From Octopus sinensis (taxonomy: Eukaryota): a stretch of 64,000 nucleotides of DNA. The notes under the pieces were generated by a model. That model did not search any database and was not told the DNA's origin. It saw only the letters and a list, made by a program, of their open reading frames with translations. Of the stretch, positions 54,240-64,000 are shown piece after piece. The position numbers and the translations under genes are program-made. The DNA lies in assembly GCF_006345805.1 (NCBI RefSeq), contig NC_043000.1, forward strand, positions 149,668,001-149,732,000, read 5' to 3'. How positions within the stretch are numbered: the stretch's first letter is position 1; every line of letters begins with the position of its first letter.

Positions 54240-55172
54240 AATCACTGTGCCGGTGGCATATAAAAAGCACCATCCGAATCGTGGCCGATGCCAGTGTCGC
54301 CTTGACTGGCTTCCGTGCCGGTGGCACGTAAAATGTACCAATCCGATCGTGGCCATTACCAGCCTCGCCTGGCACCTATGCAGGTGGCACGTAAAAAGCA
54401 CCCACTACACTCACAGAGTGGTTGGCGTTAGGAAGGGCATCCAGCTGTAGAAACATTTCCAGATCAGACTGGAGCCTGGTGCAGCCTTCTGGCTTCCCAG
54501 ATCCCCAGTCGAACCGTCCAACCCATGCTAGCATGGAGAACGGACATTAAACGCGCTCGGATGGTGTTTTTATGTGCCACCGACACAGGTGCCAGATGAG
54601 GCTGGCGGACGGCCACGATCGGATGGTGTTTGTTACGTCCCCAAAGCACGGAGGCCAGTCTATGCGGTACTGGCTACGGCCACGTTCGGATGATTTTCTT
54701 GTGTGCCACCGGCACTGGTATCTTTGTGGTACCAGTGCCGGTGGCACACAAGAAAATCATCCGAACGTGGCCGTAGCCAGTACCGCATAGACTGGCCTCC
54801 GTGCTTTGGGGACGTAACAAACACCATCCGATCGTGGCCGTCCGCCAGCCTCATCTGGCACCTGTGTCGGTGGCACATAAAAACACCATCCGAGCGTGGC
54901 CGTCTGCCAGCCTCGTCTGGCACCTGTGTCGGTGGCACATAAAAACACCATCCGAGCGTGGCCGTTCGCCAGCCTCGTCTGGCACCTGTGTCGGTGGCAC
55001 ATAAAATCACCCACTACACTCTCGGAGTGGTTGGCGTTAGGAAGGGCATCCAGCTGTAGAAACACTGCCAGATCTGACTGGCCTGGTGCAGCCTTCGGGC
55101 TCCCCAGACCCCAGTTGAACCGTCCAACCCATGCTAGCATGGAAAACGGACGCTAAATGATGATGATGATGA
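54240..55172 (+). mobile_element. Two RTE 3'UTR fragments joined by a perfect inverted duplication
   Basis: 54240-54552 is plus, 54554-54720 is an inverted arm, and 54721-55172 is plus with three 62-bp modules and a (GAT)n tail. Confidence 0.92.
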
Positions 55173-56205
55173 TAGTCCCAGATTTGATACCCACACACAG
55201 CATGTCTCATATACTTCAGCATCAGACAGGCCAATACCCCAAGACTAGAATTTGATAAATGTAAATATGTTTATCATTGTTAATGTACACTTTTCTATGC
55301 TTGCATGGGTAGGATTTTGTTGGAGTGGATTTTCTATGGCTGGATGACTTACCTGCCACCAATCCCCATTTGCTTCAAGGTAAGGTAATATTTCCCTATG
55401 ACCAGACGGAAGATTAGAAATAAGGACACTACTAGGGAGTTAATGATATAAAATGAAAAGGATAAAAATAAAAATATAAAAATCAAAATCAAATGATAAT
55501 AGAAAACCAATTATAGATAGGGATTGCAGCACAATATACAAAAACAAGTGGGACCTGAAGATCTACTAGGACAAGATGAAATGCATGGACATAATATAAG
55601 TGCCACAATGTGCAGGAATCAACTTTGGCAAAATGCAGGAAGAGCCATACCTTCCTGCATCTCACCAAAGTCAACTCATAGTTCTTGGAACCTTTAGATG
55701 TTACAATCCACAGACTCCACCAGCTGACTGAAGAGGCATTGAACAGGTACCACGTCCAAAACAGGTCCAGAGACCTTACCTTGAATTATTACAACAGCTT
55801 CAGTCTGAGAGTTTCTGCTCGTTCTACAACATTAAGAGTGGCTCAAGATCAAGAAGGGTATGATTTTGATGTTCAATTTCAGCATGCTTGTCATTGCAAA
55901 GGTCAGTAGCAGAATGCTATTCAACAACTGAGGCTACAGAGGTTGCTTTTAGGTGGTTATGGACCAGGAGATGTGATCCACAGAAGGGGTAGTGCTACCA
56001 TCAGTAGTAAAAGTTAATATGAACCCCAATTCTCTATATACCACATCATTTACTTTTTCTGCCAATGTTTGGTCTCTGTTATGTTGTTTTCATTGAATGA
56101 GTTATTTTATTTTGTTGGTGCTATAAAATTTTTAAGGAGACATGGTAGGTAAGAAATGAAATGTACAAAAGTAGGAAAAACTATACTAAAATCTATAACA
56201 AGTAC

Positions 56206-56610
56206 TTTACTCTTTTATTCTTTTACTCTTTTACATGTTTCAGTCATTTGACTGCGGCCATGCTGGAACACCACCTTTAGTCAAGCAAATCGACCCCGGG
56301 ACTTATTCTTTGTAAGCCCAGTACTTATTCTATCAGCCTCTTTTGCCGAACCGCTAAGTGACGGGGACGTAAACACACCAGCATCGGTTGTCAAGCAATG
56401 CTAGGGGGACAAACACACAAACACATACACATATATATACATATATACGACAGGCTTCTTTCAGTTTCCATCTACCAAATCCACTCACAAGGCATTGGTC
56501 AGCCCGGGGCTATAGCAGAAGACACTTGCCCAAGATGCCACGCAGTGGGACTGAACCTAGAACCATGTGGTTGGTAAGCAAGCTACTTACCACACAGCCA
56601 CTCCTGCGCC
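56206..56610 (-). mobile_element. SINE family A, full length
   Basis: Reverse complement of the 303-716 type. Confidence 0.9.
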
Positions 56611-56948
56611 TATTTATTTTTTATACACACATAACTGCATTAATTGCTGGATAGATCAACGGTAATCAAACTTCTTTCACATTCGGAAAGATAGCTGCAG
56701 CATGTATTAACATGTCTATTTTATATAGATAAGAATCAATTTGGTTGCTGTTTAATCATTTCTAGTTTTAGAAAACAACAAGTCTAACCCAGGTAGGCAT
56801 GGAAACCTGGTTGTAAAATAATAATGATAATTCATCATCATCATCATCCTTTAATGTCCATGTTCAATATGACATGGGTTGGATGGTTTGACAGCATTGC
56901 TGAAATGTCTGTTTTGGCATGGCTTTTATGGCTGGATGCCTTCCTTAA

Positions 56949-57394
56949 CCCTTTCGTTACCAACCCGGCTGAAACTGGCTCTGGCTCTGTAGTATAAATG
57001 TCTTGTTTTCATAAGTTTTGCATTAAAATCTCCCGCCAAACCTTAGTTATAATTTATGTTCCTAACACTAGCTTAACCCTTTAGCATTCAGATTATTCTG
57101 TAAAATGTAAAGTTTATGTATTCACACCATGTAAAATTAATCTTGTATCATTTCATGGCTTTGAGATTTCAATGATGTGATTCTTTATTTTTAAAATGAC
57201 ACAATAAAATAGCTATGAATGACTATATCTGACTAGTTTGAACATAAAATAGGTAAAATATTTTAGCCGGATATGGCCGGTTTAAACACTAAAGGGTTAA
57301 TGATAATTAAGTTATTGTACTAAATTCTTTGTTATATTTAAAAATAATTCAGTGAAACACTGAGCAGCTCAAAATAAATACGGTAATGAAAGGG
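56949..57394. mobile_element. piggyBac MITE with a second piggyBac MITE nested at an internal TTAA (57077-57296)
   Basis: Outer TTAA at 56945-56948 and 57395-57398; inner TTAA at 57073-57076 and 57297-57300; all four ends are CCCTTT/AAAGGG. Confidence 0.92.
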
Positions 57395-57660
57395 TTAATG
57401 CCAAGTACATTGCAGTCCGGATTAAGTACTTTTCTCATGCCACCAGCATTGCTGAGGTGGGAGGAAACATAATTTGTTGCCAAGCTGAAATAAATCATAA
57501 GTTTTTTTCATTGATCCATTGCAAATAAGGATGAAAGATTCATCCACTTGTTACAAAAAGAAAAGCCTGTTAAATCAAAAGAGGCTTTAAAGCATTGCAA
57601 ATTATGTGATGTTCTACATAAAAGAAGTTTTAAAGCATTAGAAGTTACAAGCCTCCCTAA

Positions 57661-58565
57661 TCTATATATATAAAACTGTAGTTGTGTGAGTGTCTGTCCC
57701 CTTCGATTTAGATTCCTAACTCCTCCCACATTTTGCGGTGCAGTTTAACCAAATTCGGGTATCTTATAGTCGTGATTCATATCGAGCCCGTCTGACTATT
57801 AGCGCGCGTCAACGATGAGTCTACGATTTTAAAAATAATTTAACATCATTTTTTATTCCATTTTAATGCATAAAATGCATCGTGTGTCGATGGCGGCAGA
57901 GTTGGCGTCCACGCTCACAGCTGCACCTGTTTGCTTCTCCCCCTTCCCTCCCTCGTGAAGCTGTGGGGAAGGGAGTGTAAAGAAATCAACGTCGTAATGC
58001 GTTGTGAAGGAGACCAGCGTTCTTTTAGAACAACGACTTCATGGCTTGAAGACACCAAAACAAAAATGGCTAAGAAAGCCCGAATTTATAAGGGAAGTAA
58101 CTCTCTAAAAATGCTTATATAGTTATTTCCCTTACAAACCCGAGCAACGCCGGGCGATACTGCTAGTCTTTATATATAAAAGTAAGGTTGTGTGTCTGTT
58201 TCCTACGATTTAGATTCCTAACTACTCCCAAATTTTGCGGTGCAGTTTAACCAAAACCGGGTATCTTATAGTCGTCATTCATATCGAGCGCTTCTGAGTA
58301 TTAGCATACACCTACGATGAGTCTACGATTTAAAAAAAAAATTACCATCATTTTTTTCCATTTTAATGCATTTTTTTCGCTATTATATAAGGGAAGTAAC
58401 TCTCTAAAAATGTCTATGATGAGTCAACGATTTAAAAAAAAATTTACCATCATTTTTTTTCCATTTTTAATGCATTTTTTTGCTATTTTTTGGCTATAAC
58501 TCTCTAAAAATGCTTATATAGTTACTTCCCTTACAAACCCAAGCAACGCCAGGCGATACTGCTAG
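57661..58565 (+). mobile_element. Head-to-tail Helitron dimer (57661-58166 and 58167-58565)
   Basis: A|TC start, junction CTAG|TC with no intervening base, final CTAG|T. Confidence 0.92.
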
Positions 58566-58778
58566 TACATACAAAATAGTTGTGGCGAGAGTCATTGTCA
58601 GCCCTGGTGCATTAGAGAATGGACTAACCGAACTCTTAAGAGTAGTAGTTGGTAGTAGTGGAGAGAGCGCTTTGATAGCTTTCCTTGTTAAATCACTTGT
58701 GATTCTGTTGCAGATAAGTTATCTTTTGTTGAAGGTTCTCCCTAAAGGTTTTAACTATTGTTGAAACTGTTGAACTAT

Positions 58779-59119
58779 TACTCTTTTACTTGTTTCAGTC
58801 ATTTGACTGCAGCCATGCTGGAGCACCGCCTTTAATCGAGCAAATCGACCCCGGGACTTATTCTTTGTAAGCCTAGTACTTATTCTATCGGTCTCTTTTG
58901 CCGAACCACTAAGTGACGGGGATGTAAACACACCAGCATCGGTTGTCAAGCAATGCTAGGGAGACAAACACAGACACAAACACACACACATACATACACA
59001 TATATATATATATATATATATACGACAGGCTTCTTTCAGTTTCCGTCTACCAAATCCACTCACGAGGCATTGGTCGGCCCGAGGCTATAGTAGAAGACAC
59101 TTGCCCAAGGTGCCACGCA
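58779..59119 (-). mobile_element. SINE family A, 5'-truncated
   Basis: Family A body, ending within the head at GCCACGCA. Confidence 0.88.
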
Positions 59120-59129
59120 CCTATTGTTG

Positions 59130-60040
59130 ACTTATTGTTGTACTGTTTGCTTTGTTTTTGTTTTCTCCCCCATTCAGGGGTGAAAATAGTATTAAATTAT
59201 GGAGGTGGTGCAGGCACCCGAGCAAACTCAAGCTGGGAGCTGCGTTCCTGTAGCAAACCACAAAAATGTTACAGCCGCTGTTAACCTGCTGGAAGTGGAA
59301 GAGGTACTGGTGGATTTGGAAATTTTGAAGAGGAGCAAGGATTAAATTCAGAGAAAGGGGTCAAGGCTAAAGTTGACCCCCACTCACTGAAGATGTTACA
59401 AAAATGAAAAATAAAAAAATGGTGGTTTACAGAACGCTGTCGGTCAAGAGCAAGAAAATAGAGATAGTAAGTGAAGAAGCCATAGAGGAGTGCCTGAAAG
59501 AAATCAGGAATGACATCCAATTTTTTTGTATAGGAAGAAGATTCGGCACAGTGGAAGTGCATTTTGCTACTGTAGAGGAGGCTATAAAGCACTCCATTGC
59601 GACATTGAGAATGGAAGAATGGGTACTCTTGCCAACCTATCTCGGTAAACGTGTGGCAAGAGTAAGGATTGGCAGGGTGCTCCCTGCCTCCCCTGAGATA
59701 GCTGAGATGTGGTTGCTGGCAGCAATATTGATGGGAAGAAAAAAGAGGACCAAAAAATAATGCAAGTAACTCAAACAAAGCAATTGAACTGATGGGGCTA
59801 TGGACCGGAAGTTGTAATCCAGGCCACCCCACAGAACTTGGAAGAAATAGTGGAGGAAACTGAGCTGCCTGAAGAAGTGAAGCTGCGAGTGGTGGTGGAG
59901 GGGGGACCTCCCACCTGCTACCACTACAGAAGGAGAGGACACATAAAGGTGAGCTGTCCCCTATTAAACAATAAGAAATCAGTGGAGGAGGAGCAGAACG
60001 AGAACAGCAACAGAGTTGAGAGGACAGGAAACCATAGAAG
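59130..60040 (+). mobile_element. Tx1/L1-clade ORF1 remnant (RRM-like region and zinc knuckle)
   Basis: GRRFGTVEVHFATVEEA...LLPTYLGKRVARVRIG and LRVVVEGGPPTCYHYRRRGHIKVSCP (degenerate CCHC). Confidence 0.75.
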
Positions 60041-60046
60041 CAACAA

Positions 60047-63000
60047 ATGTGGAAAGTATGGACGAAGAGTTCCGTGGAAAACTTGTTGGTTCGCGTGGTA
60101 CAGTTGCAACAGCAACAACAACAATACCAACAGTTACTGGAAGTAATGTTGAAGTCTGAAAATACTTCAGGTTCGTTCTCATCAAACAGCATAGCAAATT
60201 CAATTGGAAAATTTATTTATAACCCAGAAGGTACTACTTTTTCTTCATATTTTAGAAGATATGAAGAAATCTTCAAAGAATGTAAAAATTGGAATGACGG
60301 GAAGGTGCAACTACTTTTAAGAAAGTTATCCCCTGCCGAACATGAAAAATATTGTAACTATATTCTGCCGAACAAATCAGGTGAGATTTTTTTTTGATGA
60401 AACAGTTAATTAGTTATTGACAATTTTCAGTGAAAGAAGTTCCCTGTTCAAAACTCGTTGGCAATGCTTAAATTTAGTTAAAAAGGATAAAGATTTCGTC
60501 ACCTAAGCTGGGTGAAAAATTAAAATGAAATGAACTAACCCTGGATTTGTTCAAATGTCAAATTTTTGTTCAAGGGTTAACAGCAAGAAAAGATGCTGAT
60601 ATACGTTCTCATATATTAACAAAACTAGAACAGGACCAAAAATTAACTCTACAGGCAGTGTCTGAAGAATGCCAGAGGATTATAAATTTAAGACATGACA
60701 CAGATAAAATTGAAGAAAAAGATTGCTCTCAGATACATGTGTGTCATCCTGAAATGGATAAGAAAAAAGAAAAACGAATGTCAAGGCCAAGTCTGTGCTA
60801 TGGTTGCAGAGGTTTACATTTCAAAAGTAACTGTCCTTTTAAAAATCATAAATGTTTTGCTTGCGGAAAAATCGGACATAAAAGCTCACGTTGTATAGCG
60901 AAACAAGGTTTTTTGTGCTGAAAAATACAACAAATTTATTCGGAACAGACTGGATGGAAACTATTTAACTTATCGGACTTCCCCATAAATTTGTTTTATA
61001 AAAATTTGAATGGCTCTTCCACCAATACGAATAAGGCATCAGATAATTTAAACAAAGAATTAAAAAAAAAATTCCTGGAGTTTTTCTGAGGAATTGGGTA
61101 TTTGCACCAAGACAGTGGTGAAGTTTCAAGTGAAAGAAAACGTTTTACCTGTATTTAAACCAAAAAGAATGGTACCTTTTGCAACTTTGAAACCAGTCAA
61201 CAAAGAATAGATAGACTTGAAAAGTTTGGTGTTATTAAAAAAATTGATTATTCAAAATGGGTATCCCCTACAGTTCATGTCAAGGAAAAAGGTAAAATCT
61301 GAGTATGCAATAATTTCTCAATGGGATTAAATGAATGTTTGATGCCATATAATTATCCGTTATCGAGTCCAGAAGAAATTTTCGCAAAGTTGAGTTAGGA
61401 AAATGTTTTTCAAAGTTGGACCTATCTGAAGCATATTTGCAGGTAAAAGTCGATGAGAAATGTTCAAAATTATTGACAATAAATACCCATAAAGGGTTGT
61501 ATAAATTTAATTGACAAATTATGGATGCTTTGCTCGCAGGTTCAGATTTCGCTGTAGCTTACCTTGACGACATACTCATAAAAAGTGAATCTCGAGGTCA
61601 GCATGCTGAGTATGTTAAAAAGATCTTCGAAAGAATAAAAGATTATGGGTTTAAGCTCAGCGAAGGAAAGTGTGAATTTTTTATGCTAAGAATAAAATAT
61701 TGAGGGCAGATTATTGGTGAAAATGGATGCAGATCAGACCCGTCTAGGTTGAGTGCAATAAAAAATATGCCTCTCCCGATGAACATTACAACGTTACAAG
61801 CATTTTGGGGGTTTGCAAATTACTACCAGGTATACACACCGAATGTGCAGGATTTAAGAGTACCCCTGAATAACTTGTTTAAAAAGAGGGGGTTAAGTGG
61901 AACTGGTCAGACAAATGCCAGAAAGCTTTTGAAGAAATTAAAAACATCTAAACATCGGAATTGTCTTTATCACATTTTGACCCGAATTTAGAAATAGTAG
62001 TGGCAGCAGATGCTATTGAAAGTGGCATTGGAGTTGTGATTTTATACAAGCATGAAGATGGTAGCCTGAAAGCAGTAGCTCATGCTTCACGTTCATTATT
62101 GCCAGTTGAGGAAAACTACAGTCAAATAGAAAAAGAGGCATTAGCCATCAAATTTGCGGTAAGAAAAAATTCCATAAATTTATACATGGAAGAAGGTTCC
62201 GTTTGCAGACAGACCACCACCCACTATTGTCGATCTATGGATCAAAAAAGGCTATTTCCATTCATACAGCCAACAGATTGCAGGGCTGGGGAACAATCCT
62301 ATTGAATTATAACTTCAAGATAGAGTATTTCTCATCAAAAAAATTGGGACATGCAGATGGTTTGTCAAGGCTAATACCAAAATACAGTGAACCACTAGAA
62401 GACACAGTGATAGCGGCGTTAAAAGCTGAAAATGAAATAAAAAATATATTGTGCAATGTTGTGTGGGAATTGCCTGTGACATTGGAGGAAATAAAAATTA
62501 AGGCAGAGCTGGACGAATTTATCATAAAAATGAAAAAGATATATCAGAAGAAACAAATAAAAAAATACGTGTAGCTGGATGTAACAGTTTTGAATTCGTA
62601 TTCAATATGTGATAATGTGCTTATACATGCACAGAGGGTCATAATGCCTACCTCACTACAAAGTCGAATGTTAAAGGAATTCTGCACTGGACATCCAGGA
62701 ATTTCTAAAATGGAGTCGCTTATGAAGAGTTATGTTTACTGGTCAAAAATGGATCCAGATATTGAGATATTGGCAAAATCCTGCAGAGGGTGTGCTTTTC
62801 CAGTGAAGTCACCACCTATAAAATTTCATTCTTGGCCCAAAACTGATATTCCATGGTCCAGAATACACATAGTCTTTGCAGGACCGTTAAACTAAGCATA
62901 TTATCTAATAGTGGTAGCTAGCTTTAGTAAATGGTCAGAAATGTGTAAGTGTAGCAAACCGACATCATCATCATCATCATCATCGTTTAGCGTCCATTTT

Positions 63001-63408
63001 CCATTCTGGCACAGGTTGGACGGTTCGACCGGGGTCTGGGAAGCCAGGGGCTGCACCAGGCTCCAGTCTGATCTGGCAGTGTTTCTACAGCTGGATGCCC
63101 TTCCTAACGCCAACCACTCTGCGAGTGTAGTGGGTGCTTTTTACGTGCCACCTGCACAGGTGCCAGGGGAGTCTGGCATCGGCCGCGATCGGTTGGTGCT
63201 TTTAACATGCCACCGGCATGGAAGCCTGCCAAGGCGGCGCTGGCATCGGCCACGTTCGGATGGTGCTTTTTATGTCCCACCGGCAACAATTGAATTTCTA
63301 CATGAACTTTTTGCTAGGTATGGTATCCCGGATACCATAGTCTGCAATAACAGTACACAATTCACAGTGAATGAATTTAAGAATTTTTTGCAAGATTTAC
63401 TCAATTGA
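60047..63408 (+). mobile_element. Decayed Ty3/Gypsy internal region (gag, RT, RNase H, integrase; K02A2.6/Mag-like)
   Basis: gag FSSYFRRYEEIF and CYGC..CFACGKIGH; RT AYLDDILI; RNase H ADAIESGIG, NYSQIEKEALA, HADGLSRL; integrase GHPGISKM, WSRIH. Many stops and frameshifts; an RTE 3'UTR is inserted at about 62960-63290; no LTR recognised. Confidence 0.93.
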
Positions 63409-64000
63409 ACATATTCTTTTCTATTATGATTAAATCAATTATATTCCTTGCTTACAATCAACAGTTCTCATATGACATAAATTTTAGTAAATTTTTGACT
63501 TATCAAATGAACAGAAAACACTTGATTTGTTAGTTGCCACAAGGTTTTATCTGTTTTTGTTTTTTTTTTGTTTTTCAAGTTGAAGATTCTGTTTTCTTTG
63601 AGTCACAAATTTCTGGAATATCACCCAGCCCCCACTTTTCAATAGAAGTTCAAGTTAAACATCAACTGCATCAACCTCACAAAACTAGGAAGACCAATGA
63701 GAGCTGTAGGCATTGCCCCTCTTCCCTAGATTACATAATGAGCAACAAAAAAATCAGATAATCTCAGTTTTTTTTATGAGTTTCAAATAGGTAGTGACAT
63801 TTTGATATCATAAGTTTGTTTGTATCAAAAATGAGTCTCTAAAACAGGCTAAAATACCAGATCTATAGTTTTCAAATACTCTAAATGATAATAATCTAAG
63901 GTATAAAGATGCTTGATGAGCACATGCTAAACACCTTCCTCGGTGAGAGTTTAACAGACTGTAATGAGACAAAGCTTAAAGAAAACAGTAATTGGTTTAT

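Noticed and set aside
55489-55990. ORFs 55685-55909 (+) and 55489-55674 (-), and a 44-nt minus-strand exon candidate
   Set aside because: No recognisable domain, the frame needed to join the next exon contains a stop, and the region is probably a decayed LINE piece.
58573-58704. 132-nt phase 2-2 exon candidate on the minus strand (ITSDLTRKAIKALSPLL...)
   Set aside because: Splice sites and phase fit the 52761 exon, but the peptide does not resemble the recalled CCDC13 segment expected there (...ELEELKKKFEGMRS). Left unassigned.
59281-60192. Longest ORF in the window (303 aa, minus strand)
   Set aside because: It is the antisense shadow of the Tx1 ORF1/Gypsy gag junction, with low-complexity C/S/L content and no domain.

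Overview
AT-rich, microsatellite-dense eukaryotic DNA, very probably an octopus (coleoid cephalopod). That assignment is inferred from the SINE/RTE/Penelope repeat set and low GC, not from a database search. No complete gene, rRNA, true tRNA or CRISPR array is present, and almost all ORFs in the supplied track are spurious reads through microsatellites and SINEs. The recognisable host gene is a minus-strand coiled-coil gene resembling CCDC13. It has two confidently supported exons (52662-52761 and 33805-34008) and a phase-compatible third exon (29114-29254) that runs into a stop codon. That third exon is duplicated, with frameshifts, beside a 100-N scaffold gap. The rest is a nested transposon landscape: tRNA-derived SINEs, RTE LINE fragments with a modular hairpin-array 3'UTR, Tx1/L1 and CR1 fragments, Penelope-like remnants with fold-backs and decayed hammerhead-ribozyme motifs, a young internally deleted Ty3/Gypsy element (LTRs about 99% identical, tRNA-Trp PBS), a decayed full-length Gypsy pol, DD41D (rosa) and mariner transposases, Helitrons including a head-to-tail dimer, and piggyBac and hAT MITEs. 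I found no clearly new protein-coding system. The most unusual signals are RNA-structural and mechanistic: a perfect 167-bp fold-back, a SINE tetramer with palindromic junctions, hammerhead-like cores, an (AAT)n-embedded element and a chimeric piggyBac MITE.
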